Assembly (NCBI GenBank): GCA_036568505.1
Contig: DATCSK010000003.1
Coordinates: 11,935 to 75,934 of the forward strand
DNA length: 64,000 nucleotides
Reading direction: 5' to 3'
Source: Pseudomonadales bacterium
Lineage (GTDB): Bacteria; Pseudomonadota; Gammaproteobacteria; Pseudomonadales; M0112
In this document: positions 29,204 to 39,655 of the stretch, one piece after another
How the letters are laid out: each line of letters begins with the position of its first letter
Numbering within the stretch: position 1 is the stretch's first letter
Program-made: the position numbers and the translations under genes
The notes under the pieces: model-generated
What the model was told of the DNA's origin: nothing
The model's database searches: none
The model's input: the letters and a program-made list of their open reading frames with translations, nothing else

Positions 29204-30214
29204 TTAGCGGGTAAAGGTGAAGAAGCCCATCGGGGTGATTTGATCGTTGGGTATCAGGTCGATCAGGATATCTTTGTAGGTGTTCAGCATAAATCGGTAC
29301 GCTTTGATTTTGTCGTCCGACAGTCCGGCCAATAGCAGGTGTTGGCGCAGATTGATGCGAAACTGGCCGTCGGCCAATCGGCTGTTTTGATGGCGTACCG
29401 ATTGATAGCCGAGCGACAGGCCCAGTTTTTCAATCGCGTGAATATCAAAAATATACTTGTCTTCCATGGCCGCTAATCGTTCGCGGTCATCTCCGACGTG
29501 CTGGGCTTTGGTGAGGTGATGCACCAGTTTTTCCAGCGCGGCAATGTCGTGTTCATCGAAGCCGCCGAGTTGTGTTTTGGTCTCGATTTTCAGGATCAGG
29601 CTGGTTAAAAAGGCAATCATGATTTTGCCTTGCAGCACCGGCTCGTAAAAAATGGCACGGCCACCGGGGCGCAGCAGGCCGTGAATGCGTTTCAGCATGT
29701 CCGGATAATCCAGGAAGTGATGCAGCACGCTGTTGCCCAGCACGGTATCAAAACTGTTATTGCTGAAAGGTAAATGGTTGGCATCGCAAGCGTAATAAAA
29801 GACAGGCATGGCCGTCTGGCCAATCAGCTGTTGCGTGCTTTCAACAAACTCGGGCGCGATGTCAGTGACATGCACTGAACGGCTGTTGAAGCGGTGTGCG
29901 AGATTCCAGCTCAATTGACCGGTGCCGGCACCGACTTCCAGTACATCGCCCAATGCGTCGGGTAGTACGGTTGCCCAATTCAAACCAACGGATTCGCGCG
30001 CGCCTTCATCAATGTTGTGGTGATCGTCATAATCGATATCGGTGAGGCGTGTGGTGGGGCTGTCGGTGCTCAGTAAATGCGGAATGCCGGCTTGCACCGG
30101 AAATCGTTGGCCGCATTGCGTGCAACGCAATAACGCGTCTTGTGCTTGCAAGGCGGGCTGTTGGCAGCTCGGGCATTGCAGTTTGGCGGCATCGTAATGA
30201 AGGGCTGTGTTCAT
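29204..30214 (-). CDS. Class I SAM-dependent methyltransferase with an N-terminal Trm112-like zinc ribbon
   Basis: CPSCQQP...CTQCGQRFPVQAGIPHLL, then VLEVGAGTGQLS and LRPGGRAIFYEP. Confidence 0.75.
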   Translation of the reverse strand: MNTALHYDAAKLQCPSCQQPALQAQDALLRCTQCGQRFPVQAGIPHLLSTDSPTTRLTDIDYDDHHNIDEGARESVGLNWATVLPDALGDVLEVGAGTGQLSWNLAHRFNSRSVHVTDIAPEFVESTQQLIGQTAMPVFYYACDANHLPFSNNSFDTVLGNSVLHHFLDYPDMLKRIHGLLRPGGRAIFYEPVLQGKIMIAFLTSLILKIETKTQLGGFDEHDIAALEKLVHHLTKAQHVGDDRERLAAMEDKYIFDIHAIEKLGLSLGYQSVRHQNSRLADGQFRINLRQHLLLAGLSDDKIKAYRFMLNTYKDILIDLIPNDQITPMGFFTFTR

Positions 30215-30286
30215 CGGTATGATTATGCCTGACCCGACAGTTCGGGCAAGATGTGTTTTTTTATATTACTCATTCGGGAGTCTGCG

Positions 30287-31051
30287 ATGGGCGTGGTAGC
30301 AATGACGGGCGGGGCAACGGGTATTGGCGCGGCGATTCGGCAACAGCTGATCGCTGACGGGCATCGGGTCATCGTGGTCGATATTCAGCATGCCGATGTG
30401 GTGGCCGATCTATCAACGGCCGAGGGCCGTGCACAAGCCGTTGCGGGTATTCGTGCACTGGCACCCGACGGGCTTGATGGATTGGTGCCGTGTGCCGGTG
30501 TGGGGCCGCACGTCAAACCGCACTCGTTAGTGACGCGAATTAATTACTTCGGTGCTTTGGCCACGGTGGAAGGTTTGCGTGATGCGTTGGTGCAACGCGG
30601 TGGTGCGGTGGTCTTGATCTCGTCGAATTCAGCCTCTATGCCGGGGTTGGATGCGCGTTATCTGGAGCTGCTTAAAGCCGGTGATGAAGTCGGGGCGTGT
30701 GCGCACATCGATACGCTGGATGGCCACAATGCGTATGCCGGGGGCAAATACGCATTGACCTGCTGGATGCGCCGTCACAGTGCTGCGTGGGCAGCCGAGG
30801 GTGTGCGCTTGAATGCGGTGGCACCGGGCATTACGCAAACGCCGTTGACCATCAAAGCGACCGAAGATGCGGAGCTGGGCGAGGCCATGAAAGCGTTTGC
30901 CGCAACCGTGCCGGTTGGGCGCGTGGGGCAGCCCGAAGATATCGCCCACGCGGTGTGTTTTTTGCTGTCACCGCAGGCTGCGTTTATCTGCGGTTCCGTC
31001 TTGTTTGTGGATGGCGGTCATGACGCCATGTTACGGCCCGATGCCTTTTAA
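30287..31051 (+). CDS. SDR, 3-alpha-hydroxysteroid dehydrogenase/carbonyl reductase-like
   Basis: It aligns along its length with the Comamonas 3alpha-HSD/CR as recalled (GGATGIGAA, ADLSTAEGR, YAGGKYAL, VRLNAVAPG, VDGGHDAMLRP). Confidence 0.78.
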   Translation: MGVVAMTGGATGIGAAIRQQLIADGHRVIVVDIQHADVVADLSTAEGRAQAVAGIRALAPDGLDGLVPCAGVGPHVKPHSLVTRINYFGALATVEGLRDALVQRGGAVVLISSNSASMPGLDARYLELLKAGDEVGACAHIDTLDGHNAYAGGKYALTCWMRRHSAAWAAEGVRLNAVAPGITQTPLTIKATEDAELGEAMKAFAATVPVGRVGQPEDIAHAVCFLLSPQAAFICGSVLFVDGGHDAMLRPDAF

Positions 31052-33288
31052 CGCGGTTGCTGTTGAATAATCTCCACCAACATTTGCTGCAAGGCCGGCT
31101 CGTTCGGGTAACGCCGGATCAAGACATTCAATAGTCCCTGCGCTTGGCCGTATTGTTTTTGCTGCATCAGCAATTGCAGTAACGCATAGCGGATGCGGTC
31201 ATCGTCGGTATTGATGGCCAGAGCCCGTTGCAATTGTTTGATGGCCGCATCGGGCTCGTTTAATTGCTGCAACACCAGACCCAGATTGTAGTGTGCTGCG
31301 GCGTATTCCGGGTTGTGTGTTACGGCCTGTTCCAGTGCAGCACGTGCTTCTTTCATTTGTGCGCGTTCGGCGTAAGCCAAGCCCAGCGTGTAATACAGAT
31401 CCCCTCGTTGCTCCGGCAAAGCATGCGTCAATGCCTGCTGCAAAATATCAACGGCACGATCGTTGGCGCCAATCTGGCTATAGAGCACGGCCAATGATTG
31501 ATAGGCAGGAATAAAATGCGGATCAATCGCAATGGCCTGCTTCATGCGGCGAATGGCTTCGTAGCTGTTGCCTTGGTGATAGGCCAGTTGTCCGAGGTTG
31601 TTATAGCCTTCGGGCTGATCGGGCAGTGCGGTTTGCGCGGTTTGATATTCTTTGAGCGCCTGCGCCAACGCACTGCGATCGGCCTCGCTTAATGTTTTGG
31701 GGTCGATGCCGGCGAGTAAGCGAGCAGCCTCCAAACGGACAGCGCGCGAGGGGTCATGCAAGAGCGGCGGCAGGTATTTCTGGCGGGCATCGTTAGGCTG
31801 TATCTCAAAGGCTTTGGCGGCCGTTGCCCGCACCAGCGCCGACGGGTCCTGTAATGCCGGCGTGATGCCGTTGAGCAGTGCAGGCCCGTAATAAGCGAGC
31901 AAATCAATCGCCGTGGCTCGCCAAATGGCCGGTTGTTGTGGATCGCGGGCCATGGCTTTTAATTCATCGATGGCCTCCGGGTTGGTATTGCGTGCCGCGG
32001 CAATGGTGGTCGCACGGTCGGTGCGCGTTTGGCGGCCATTCGGGAACCATTGTTGCAATGCATTGAGCGCCCATTGCGGTGTTTGTTTTTCATGGCACTG
32101 GTTACAAGCGTTGGGCGTGCCCAGTGTGATCGACAGGTCAGGGCGCGGGGTGGCGAAACGGTGGTCGCGACGCGGGTCGACTTTCATGTACGTGGTGGCA
32201 GGCATATGGCAGCTCACGCATTGGCTGCCGACACTGCCGTTTGGATGGTGATGGTGAGCCGGCGTGTTGTACTGGCCGGCCTTCAAGGTGGGGAAGCGTG
32301 GGTTGCCCACCTCATGACAGCTCACGCACAGGGCATTGCCTTCGGCGCGCGGTTTAAGCGTGTGCGGGTTGTGGCAATCGATGCAGCTGACACCGGCTTC
32401 GTGCATGCGGCTTTGTACAAACGAGCCGTACTCGAAAACCTCTTCCTGAATTTGGCCGTCCGGGTGGTACAGGTTTTCGTGCAGCAAGCTGGGCATCATG
32501 TCATCCAGCAGTGGTGCGGCCCACGTGCGTTGCGGGGCGAGTGCGTGCCGGCGTGCATGGCAGGTGGCACACACCTCGGTGCTGCGTGTGGCATCGGCCA
32601 GCGGTCGATCAGTCCAGCCTTTATTGCCGGCGGATGTGGGCGAGCGGGTCCAGTTGATGTGCGCTTCGCCGGGGCCATGGCAAGCCTGGCAATTGACGTT
32701 ATGACCAGCGGCGCTGCTGTGGTATTGCTGCGTGTCGGCTGAGTAGTTCAGTTTGAATCCGGTGGTGTGGCACTCGATACAAAACGAGTTGGCGGTATAA
32801 AAACGTTTGCGCCAGTGCAATGGATCGGCAGGGGTGATGCCGTCAACGGCTTGCAGGTAAAACCAGCGTTTCTGGGCGACGTCCCATGCAATCGGGAAGG
32901 CTTGTAACTGGCCGTTTGGAAATTCCACCAGATACTGTTGCAACGGGTCTACGCCAAAGGTCCAGACCGCATGGAAAGTATCGGTGTTGCCACCTTCGCT
33001 CAGTGTGATGAGATAGCGGCTGCCATCGCGGTGAAACAAAGCCTTCAGCCCATCGTCTTCGAATGAGCGGTTATTGAAATCGCCGAGCACGGTTTGCGGC
33101 GTCATCGGCTGCATGGCGCGGGCATGGTCGGAACCGCGCCAGTCCAGGGCCTGCCGGGCGTGGCAGCCAAGGCAAGTGTCGTTATTGACGTAGCCATCAC
33201 GGCTCTGGTCGAATGCGCCGCTCGCGAATGCGCCGGTGGCGTGCAGTATCATGATCAGGCTGAATAAACAGGCCGAGCGATAGTTCAT
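31048..33288 (-). CDS. Periplasmic multihaem (8 x CxxCH) cytochrome c fused to HEAT/TPR repeats
   Basis: Signal peptide MNYRSACLFSLIMILHATGAFA. CxxCH motifs: CLGCH, CIECH, CQACH, CATCH, CIDCH, CVSCH, CVSCH, CNQCH. The C-terminal half carries HEAT-like (DPSALVRATAA, DPSRAVRLEAA) and TPR repeats. Confidence 0.8.
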   Translation of the reverse strand: MNYRSACLFSLIMILHATGAFASGAFDQSRDGYVNNDTCLGCHARQALDWRGSDHARAMQPMTPQTVLGDFNNRSFEDDGLKALFHRDGSRYLITLSEGGNTDTFHAVWTFGVDPLQQYLVEFPNGQLQAFPIAWDVAQKRWFYLQAVDGITPADPLHWRKRFYTANSFCIECHTTGFKLNYSADTQQYHSSAAGHNVNCQACHGPGEAHINWTRSPTSAGNKGWTDRPLADATRSTEVCATCHARRHALAPQRTWAAPLLDDMMPSLLHENLYHPDGQIQEEVFEYGSFVQSRMHEAGVSCIDCHNPHTLKPRAEGNALCVSCHEVGNPRFPTLKAGQYNTPAHHHHPNGSVGSQCVSCHMPATTYMKVDPRRDHRFATPRPDLSITLGTPNACNQCHEKQTPQWALNALQQWFPNGRQTRTDRATTIAAARNTNPEAIDELKAMARDPQQPAIWRATAIDLLAYYGPALLNGITPALQDPSALVRATAAKAFEIQPNDARQKYLPPLLHDPSRAVRLEAARLLAGIDPKTLSEADRSALAQALKEYQTAQTALPDQPEGYNNLGQLAYHQGNSYEAIRRMKQAIAIDPHFIPAYQSLAVLYSQIGANDRAVDILQQALTHALPEQRGDLYYTLGLAYAERAQMKEARAALEQAVTHNPEYAAAHYNLGLVLQQLNEPDAAIKQLQRALAINTDDDRIRYALLQLLMQQKQYGQAQGLLNVLIRRYPNEPALQQMLVEIIQQQPR

Positions 33289-33313
33289 TGATAAATCCTT
33301 CTTCGGAGTGTGC

Positions 33314-34201
33314 ATGATAACAGGGCTGCTGGGCATTATTGCGCCGGTGTTTTTGCTGGTGATGGCCGGGTTCATCTGGCAGCGCCGCAGGCTGCCGTTC
33401 GATCAGCCGTTTATCACGCGATTGGTGATTGATCTGTGCGCGCCGGCCCTGGTGCTTGCATTGCTGGCCAGTTCGGATTTGTCGCTCGATCGATTCGCCG
33501 GTTTTGCGGTGCAAGTCATTGCCGCGTTGGTGATGATGGGCTTGGTGGCGGCTGTGTTGGCGCGTCGTCATGCTGATCCGATGATGCATTGGGTTGCGTT
33601 GGTGTTTCCCAATACAGCGAACATGGGCATGCCACTGTGCTTGCTGGCGTTTGGCGAGCAAGGTCTGTTGTACGCTACGGTGTACTACACCGTGACATCA
33701 CTGGTGCACTTTACGCTGGGCGTGTCATTGATCGCAGAAGAGGCGAATGCCTGGCGTACGGGGCTGAAAACGCCGCTGGTGTGGGCGACTTTATTGGGTG
33801 TGGCTTTAATGACGGCCGATATCAATATGCCCGATTGGCTGATCAGCAGTTTGAAATTGCTCGGTCAGCCAACGATTCCACTGATGTTGTTTACGCTGGG
33901 CGTGTCCCTGGCTCGTCTGCCATGGCGTGACTTGCTCAGCCGGGTGGATGTCGGATTGGAGCGTTTGCTGGTGGGCGGCATCGCGGCTGCCGTGATTGTC
34001 TGGGTCTTTCAGCCCGAGGGCGTCGTGCGAGGGGTCTTGGTTCTGGAAACCCTGATGCCTTCAGCGATCTTCAATTATTTGCTGGCGGCGCGGTTTGGCC
34101 GGCATCTGGAAAGCGTCACGGCGATCGTGGCTTGGTCCACGGTGTTGGTCTTTTTGATGCTGCCTTTGTTGTTGTATTGGGTGGTGCCAGTTGCCGGCTG
34201 A
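33314..34201 (+). CDS. AEC (auxin efflux carrier) family transporter
   Basis: About 10 TM segments and a typical AEC N-terminus (ITGLLGIIAPVFLLVMAGF). GGAG ribosome-binding site before ATG 33314. Confidence 0.78.
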   Translation: MITGLLGIIAPVFLLVMAGFIWQRRRLPFDQPFITRLVIDLCAPALVLALLASSDLSLDRFAGFAVQVIAALVMMGLVAAVLARRHADPMMHWVALVFPNTANMGMPLCLLAFGEQGLLYATVYYTVTSLVHFTLGVSLIAEEANAWRTGLKTPLVWATLLGVALMTADINMPDWLISSLKLLGQPTIPLMLFTLGVSLARLPWRDLLSRVDVGLERLLVGGIAAAVIVWVFQPEGVVRGVLVLETLMPSAIFNYLLAARFGRHLESVTAIVAWSTVLVFLMLPLLLYWVVPVAG

Positions 34202-34266
34202 CCGCGATAAGCCTAAAGTGGCACGATAATAAAAGGGTTTGCCAACAGGCGATATCAGGCTGCCGG

Positions 34267-36321
34267 ATGCAGGATTTCTCACATATATACCAACAGGTGA
34301 ACCGGCCGTTCGTGGCATTTGCCACGGATGTCAGCAGTCGCTTATTGACGCAGGCAGGCACCTTGCTGGACGACTTGGCGCGTAAAGCGGCAGGTCCCGA
34401 GCAGGCACGCTATCGGCAAGACATTCAAACGTTGCAAGCCGTTCAGAAAAGCCTGCCGATCGCTTTTGGCAAGCGCATCGCGAACAAGTTCGTGCAATTC
34501 ATGGCCGGTGAGGAGTTGTCCGAGAAAGAGACGCTCAATGCACAGCCTGAAGAGCTGTCAAAAGAAATTACGCGCACCGTGGATTGTCTGACCAATCACG
34601 TGGCCGAATCGCTTTGGCACCTGAATATGCGCTTGGCGTTGCTGCGTGGTGGCAGCAAGACGGCCGATTACAGCAATCCCATGAGTCCTGCCCAGTTCTG
34701 CGGTGCGCTGTGCGCTGAATTGGGCAAGCAGTCGGCATCGGCCCGTCTGCAACTGTTGTTGTTTCGTTTGATTGAAAAGCATTTGCCGGATCGTCTGGCG
34801 GTGCAGTATGACGATGCCAATCGACAGCTGGTTGAAGCGGGAGTGTTCCCGCATTTGCGTTATTACCTGATCGAAAACAATGCCGGTTCTGCCGCTGGTC
34901 CTTCCAGCGCATTTGATGTGGATGCATTGACCTCGGCGGCAGCCTCGGAGCGTGAATCGCAGATTCACTTGGACGCGATGATTCGCACACAGGTGAATGC
35001 GCGGGAGTCGGCGCTCCGGCACACCGCACTGGGGACGCCGTTCGGTCGCATGGATACCGAAGGGCGCGGCGGTGCTGATACCTTTACCGAAATTGACATT
35101 ACGTTTGCCATTGTCGCCCTGACCACGCGTTACCCGGTACCGCGCGGACGGGTGTACCGGCCTGTGCCGCCGATTGCGGAGCTGGAATTGCAAGTGCTCG
35201 AGCAGCTGCTGAAGTCCGGCGAGCATACCGGCAGACGACGCATGAAGCGCTTAATGGCAGAAAGCTTTTCGCGGATGGGCGGTATTTTTAATGCGCTACT
35301 CGAGGATCATTATCTGGGGGCCGAGCAGCGTGATCTGATCGGCCATTTGTATTTGCCTATGTTGAAACTCGGCATGCTGGACGGACGGTTCTGGACTGAC
35401 CCGCATCACGTGGGTCGGCGTTTGTTCGGTGTGTTCTGTGAGCTGGCAGAATTTTGGGTGTCTGCAGCACAGGGCGATCGCACAACGTACCCGCAATTGC
35501 ATCGTGCGGCCGAATGCCTCACGCGGGATTATATCGATGACATTGCCGTGGTTGAGGCGGTGTTTGATGAGCTTGAAGCATTCGCTGCACGCATAGGGCA
35601 GCGCGCCAATTTAACGCTCAATCGCACGGTTGAAGCCGAACGCGGCATGGCCAAGGTCGGTTCCGCACAGACATTTGCCGCCGAGCAGGCGGCCACGATG
35701 CTGTCGGACGAGGCGCTGCCGGCCGTGATTCGTGACAGCATGCAATTGCCATTGACGGAGTTTCTTTCGGGGTTGTTGTTGCGGTATCAGTCCGAGTCGG
35801 GTGAAAAAGCGCTGGCTGCCACCGGTGCCATCATGGCAAAGGCATTGCCGAAGGGCGATACGCCACCGCAGCAAGGGCTTGCGGACGTCAGTCACGATTT
35901 AATGACGGCGGGAGGGCATGCGGCTGCCGTGCAGGCACTGGTGGATGCTGTGCAGCAGGCCTTGCAGCGTTGGCAGGGGTTGGAGGGCTTGTCAGGCAAG
36001 CAAGCGCAGGCCGCTGTTCTGGCACATGGCAGAAAATCATCCGGTGCAGGTCCGTTGGCCGGTTTGCCGGGGCAGGGGTTTGGTTTGTGGTTCGCGGTAG
36101 AAGAGCGCGAGCAGCCCACCCCGCGTTTATGGTTGCTGGTGTGGGCAAGCCCTGCGCCACGCCGTTATCTGTTTGTGAACCGACTGGGGGTTCGTGGCGA
36201 CATGCTGGACGAAGGCGCCTTGCGTGAGGCGCTGGACCAGGGACGTTTGCGGCCCTTGGTTGGGCATGGCAACAGCTGGGTGCGGGCATTGCGGCAAGCA
36301 GCCAGCCAGCCGGGTCAATAG
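34267..36321 (+). CDS. DUF1631 family protein
   Basis: About 684 aa of soluble, A/L/Q-rich sequence. The overall pattern matches the DUF1631 proteins of pseudomonads as I recall them. Start taken at MQDFSHIYQQ. Confidence 0.6.
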   Translation: MQDFSHIYQQVNRPFVAFATDVSSRLLTQAGTLLDDLARKAAGPEQARYRQDIQTLQAVQKSLPIAFGKRIANKFVQFMAGEELSEKETLNAQPEELSKEITRTVDCLTNHVAESLWHLNMRLALLRGGSKTADYSNPMSPAQFCGALCAELGKQSASARLQLLLFRLIEKHLPDRLAVQYDDANRQLVEAGVFPHLRYYLIENNAGSAAGPSSAFDVDALTSAAASERESQIHLDAMIRTQVNARESALRHTALGTPFGRMDTEGRGGADTFTEIDITFAIVALTTRYPVPRGRVYRPVPPIAELELQVLEQLLKSGEHTGRRRMKRLMAESFSRMGGIFNALLEDHYLGAEQRDLIGHLYLPMLKLGMLDGRFWTDPHHVGRRLFGVFCELAEFWVSAAQGDRTTYPQLHRAAECLTRDYIDDIAVVEAVFDELEAFAARIGQRANLTLNRTVEAERGMAKVGSAQTFAAEQAATMLSDEALPAVIRDSMQLPLTEFLSGLLLRYQSESGEKALAATGAIMAKALPKGDTPPQQGLADVSHDLMTAGGHAAAVQALVDAVQQALQRWQGLEGLSGKQAQAAVLAHGRKSSGAGPLAGLPGQGFGLWFAVEEREQPTPRLWLLVWASPAPRRYLFVNRLGVRGDMLDEGALREALDQGRLRPLVGHGNSWVRALRQAASQPGQ

Positions 36322-36842
36322 GCGCTGCTACGGCTTTCGCGAATCACTTCAGCGCCTTGCTCATAGACTGCGCGCACATCAACGTGCATGCCGGTTTCTG
36401 CCCGGCGAGAGATCATGGTCACCGGAAATAAAACCTCGTTGCTGTTGCCCAGTTGCAGGGCTCGGCTTTTGCCCGCTTTGTCGCGATAAATCACCCAGGA
36501 CAGTTGAAATTCGCGGGCATAGATGTCGCCGAGCACGACGCCCATGGCTTGCAGCAGATAGCTGTCGCTGGCCGTGACCAGGCGCTGATCCAGCAATAAC
36601 TGCAGAACCGCCAAATCGTTGTCACGGTCGTTGTTGAGGTGGCGGCCAATCTCGCTAGCCAGATCCACAATCCTCTGGCGCTGCAGTGCCAGTTTGTTTT
36701 CATCGCCCGTATCCAGCGGGCTGATGCGCTGTTGTTCGCTGCTTTCGCTGCTCACAAAAGGATCGACAGCGGGCTTGAAGGCCTGTGCCATGACCGGGCT
36801 GCAGAACAGAAGGATCAGCGGTAACAGGGTGCGTAATGGCAT
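36315..36842 (-). CDS. Secreted hypothetical protein (possibly DUF3806)
   Basis: Signal peptide MPLRTLLPLILLFCSPVMA. The domain call is weak. Confidence 0.45.
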   Translation of the reverse strand: MPLRTLLPLILLFCSPVMAQAFKPAVDPFVSSESSEQQRISPLDTGDENKLALQRQRIVDLASEIGRHLNNDRDNDLAVLQLLLDQRLVTASDSYLLQAMGVVLGDIYAREFQLSWVIYRDKAGKSRALQLGNSNEVLFPVTMISRRAETGMHVDVRAVYEQGAEVIRESRSSAY

Positions 36843-36973
36843 GTGCGAGGCTCCGTGGGTCGTTATCGTGCATTATAAAGCCGTTTTTTGGCCGTAGGGC
36901 TGTGTTTTCCTTGAGGTCACGGGAGTACATCCCGTACCATTAGCGCTCCTGATTTCCAGGCCGGAGTCCTCAT

Positions 36974-37858
36974 ATGATTACAGGCAGCATGGTGGCGTTA
37001 GTGACGCCCATGCAGACCGACGGTGCCATTGACTGGCCGGCCCTTGAGCGGCTGGTGCAGTGGCATATCGAGCAAGGCAGCGATGCCATTGTTGCCGTGG
37101 GCACGACAGGGGAGTCGGCCACGCTGGATGTCGATGAGCACTGTCAGGTCATTGAGCGCATTGTCGCGCTATCGGCCGGTCGCGTGCCGGTCATTGCAGG
37201 TACGGGTGCGAATTCAACCCGCGAGGCGATTGAGTTGACGCGTGCCGCGGCCACTGCCGGTGCCGATGCCTGCTTATTGGTCACGCCGTATTACAACAAG
37301 CCGACACAGGAAGGTTTGTATCTGCATTTCAAGGCCGTCGCCGAGGCGGTTGCCATTCCGCAAATTCTCTACAACGTACCCGGTCGTACGGCCTGCGATT
37401 TAAAGCCCGATACGGTGTTGCGACTGGCCAGTGTGCCCAATATCGTTGGCATTAAAGAAGCCACGGGTGACCTGGTGCGGGCGCAGGAGTTGATTGATCG
37501 TTGCCCTGCCGGTTTTGCCGTGTATTCGGGTGATGATGCAACGGCAGTCGAGCTGATATTGCTCGGCGGCAAAGGCAATATTTCAGTGACAGCCAATGTT
37601 GCACCGGAGGCGTTGCATCGCATGTGTGCATTGGCATTGGCCGGCAAAGCCGACGAGGCGCGTGCATTGAATGCCGTGTTGGCCGAGTTGCATCAAGTGT
37701 TGTTTGTCGAGTCGAATCCGATTCCCGTGAAATGGGCATTGCATGCCATGGGCATGATGACGGCAGGTATTCGCCTGCCGCTGACACCGTTATCCGTGGA
37801 GGCTCGCCCCATCGTCGAGGCGGCCTTGCAAAAAGCAGGAGTGTTGTCGCGTGCTTGA
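36974..37858 (+). CDS. dapA: 4-hydroxy-tetrahydrodipicolinate synthase
   Basis: [20 protein letters not shown] and [11 protein letters not shown] motifs; 294 aa. Confidence 0.93.
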   Translation: MITGSMVALVTPMQTDGAIDWPALERLVQWHIEQGSDAIVAVGTTGESATLDVDEHCQVIERIVALSAGRVPVIAGTGANSTREAIELTRAAATAGADACLLVTPYYNKPTQEGLYLHFKAVAEAVAIPQILYNVPGRTACDLKPDTVLRLASVPNIVGIKEATGDLVRAQELIDRCPAGFAVYSGDDATAVELILLGGKGNISVTANVAPEALHRMCALALAGKADEARALNAVLAELHQVLFVESNPIPVKWALHAMGMMTAGIRLPLTPLSVEARPIVEAALQKAGVLSRA

Positions 37859-38846
37859 ACGTTTTTTCCGGGCCCTCGTTGTATCGGTGATTGTGCTGAC
37901 TGCGGGTTGTGGTTGGTTTCGCGATAACAGCGTGGATTACCGCAGTGCGCGCGAGTTGCCGCCGCTGGTTATTCCCAAAGGCCTGGACGGTCAGCGTATC
38001 CATTCGTTCTATGTCATTCCTCCTGCGCGCGAAGTCATGCTGCCCGAACAGGAATTTGAAGTGCCGCGTCCGGAGCCTTTGATCGGCGATGCCAATGATC
38101 AAGCCGTGCGCATTCAAAAGCTGGGGGATGAGCAGTGGGCCTTGGTGAATTTTGCGCCCGATGAAACCTGGCCGTTATTGACGGTCTTTCTGGAGTCGAA
38201 TCGCATTCCGCTGCTGATTGAAAACGGCACGCAAGGTTTGCTGGTCACGGACTGGTTGCAGCCTGAAGGGGCATTGCCGCGCGAGCAGTATCTGATTCGT
38301 GTGGATAGCGGTGTGCAAGTCGGCACCAGTGAAATTCATGTGCGTCAGCGTGACGTCGGTGGCGATGTGAGCGCAGCCTGGCCGCAGCGCTCCAATAGTT
38401 ATGAGCGCGAATACAAATTCCTCTATCAGTTGTCGACTTATCTGGCGTCGCACGCCGGCGATCCGTCGGTGTCGTTGCTGGCGCAAGGCATTCGTGCGGC
38501 AAGCAAAGTGACATTGCAGCAAGAAAACGGTCGTCCGTATCTGTTGCTGGAGCTGCCTTATGCGCGAGGCTGGGCATCGATTGGCAATGCCTTGGCACCG
38601 TCCGGTTTTGAAGCACTCGATCAAGACTACAGTGCCGGCACCTATATGATTCGTCCGGCGCATGTTGAAGAGCCCGGCTGGTGGGCGCGCTTGTGGGGCG
38701 CCGAGATGCCGGACATTGTCGATATGCAGTTGACGGTAACCCGCGTGGGCGATGCACGCGTGGCCATTCGTATTGATACGGCCGAAGGCTTGAGCGTTGC
38801 CGAGCAGCTGCGCTATCTGGCACTCATCAAGGGAAATCTGCGCTAG
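37851..38846 (+). CDS. bamC: Outer membrane protein assembly factor BamC (lipoprotein)
   Basis: Lipobox VLTAGC, the position directly after dapA, and length and pattern like NlpB/BamC. GTG start. Confidence 0.75.
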   Translation: MLERFFRALVVSVIVLTAGCGWFRDNSVDYRSARELPPLVIPKGLDGQRIHSFYVIPPAREVMLPEQEFEVPRPEPLIGDANDQAVRIQKLGDEQWALVNFAPDETWPLLTVFLESNRIPLLIENGTQGLLVTDWLQPEGALPREQYLIRVDSGVQVGTSEIHVRQRDVGGDVSAAWPQRSNSYEREYKFLYQLSTYLASHAGDPSVSLLAQGIRAASKVTLQQENGRPYLLLELPYARGWASIGNALAPSGFEALDQDYSAGTYMIRPAHVEEPGWWARLWGAEMPDIVDMQLTVTRVGDARVAIRIDTAEGLSVAEQLRYLALIKGNLR

Positions 38847-39604
38847 TGCAATTTTGCTCGATCGGTAGCGGCAGTCGCGGTAACGGCACGCTGATCGAGC
38901 AGGACGATACCTGCATTCTGGTGGACTGCGGCTTTTCACTGGCAGAAACCGAGTCCCGACTGGCTCGGCAGGGTCGCAGCCCGGAGCAACTGTCGGCTAT
39001 TTTAGTCACGCACGAACACGGCGATCATATCCGGGGTGTGGGCGTGCTCAGTCGTCGTTATCACATTCCGGTGTACATGACAGCCGGCACGTGGCGGGGG
39101 TATCGTCGCGATGACATCGAGGCCCTGCATTGCATTAGCGCCCATGAAGTCTTCAGCATTGGTGCGTTGGAGATTACCCCGGTGGCTGTGCCGCACGATA
39201 CGGTAGAGCCCTGCCAGTTCTTGGTTGCTGCCGGTAGCTCCTGCGTGGGCGTCTTGACCGATTTGGGCAGTGTGACCGCGCATGTGCAAGCGGCGTACAG
39301 CCGCTGCGATGCACTGGTGCTGGAATTCAATCACGACGAGCAATTGCTCGACGAAGGTCCGTATCCGCTCAGTGTCAAACGGCGGGTTGCGGGTGATTGG
39401 GGGCATTTGAGTAATCGTCAGGCAGCACGATTGTTGGCGGACCTGCCGATCGAGCGTTTGCAACATTTGGTGGTGGCGCACATCAGTGAAACCAATAACA
39501 GTCTGGCGCATGCACAGCAGGCTTTGGATTCACTGGTTCAACAGCCACAGCGCGTCCATTGGGCCGACCAGGATGTCGGTTGCGATTGGCTTAAAATCGG
39601 CTAA
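38846..39604 (+). CDS. MBL-fold metallo-hydrolase
   Basis: GSGSRGNGTL and THEHGDHIRG (HxHxDH) motifs. It occupies the conserved position between bamC and purC. Confidence 0.8.
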   Translation: MQFCSIGSGSRGNGTLIEQDDTCILVDCGFSLAETESRLARQGRSPEQLSAILVTHEHGDHIRGVGVLSRRYHIPVYMTAGTWRGYRRDDIEALHCISAHEVFSIGALEITPVAVPHDTVEPCQFLVAAGSSCVGVLTDLGSVTAHVQAAYSRCDALVLEFNHDEQLLDEGPYPLSVKRRVAGDWGHLSNRQAARLLADLPIERLQHLVVAHISETNNSLAHAQQALDSLVQQPQRVHWADQDVGCDWLKIG

Positions 39605-39655
39605 GCTGGCGCCTCTGGCACTGGCAAGGCGTTATCGTTGAAGGGGATCTCGTTT

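Noticed and set aside
32029-32742. 237-aa plus-strand ORF inside the multihaem cytochrome gene
   Set aside because: It is antisense to a frame containing eight CxxCH motifs and a signal peptide, and has no motifs of its own.
38175-38939. 254-aa and 192-aa minus-strand ORFs antisense to bamC
   Set aside because: They are Arg/Gln/His-rich antisense products. The plus-strand dapA-bamC-MBL synteny and the lipobox support bamC.
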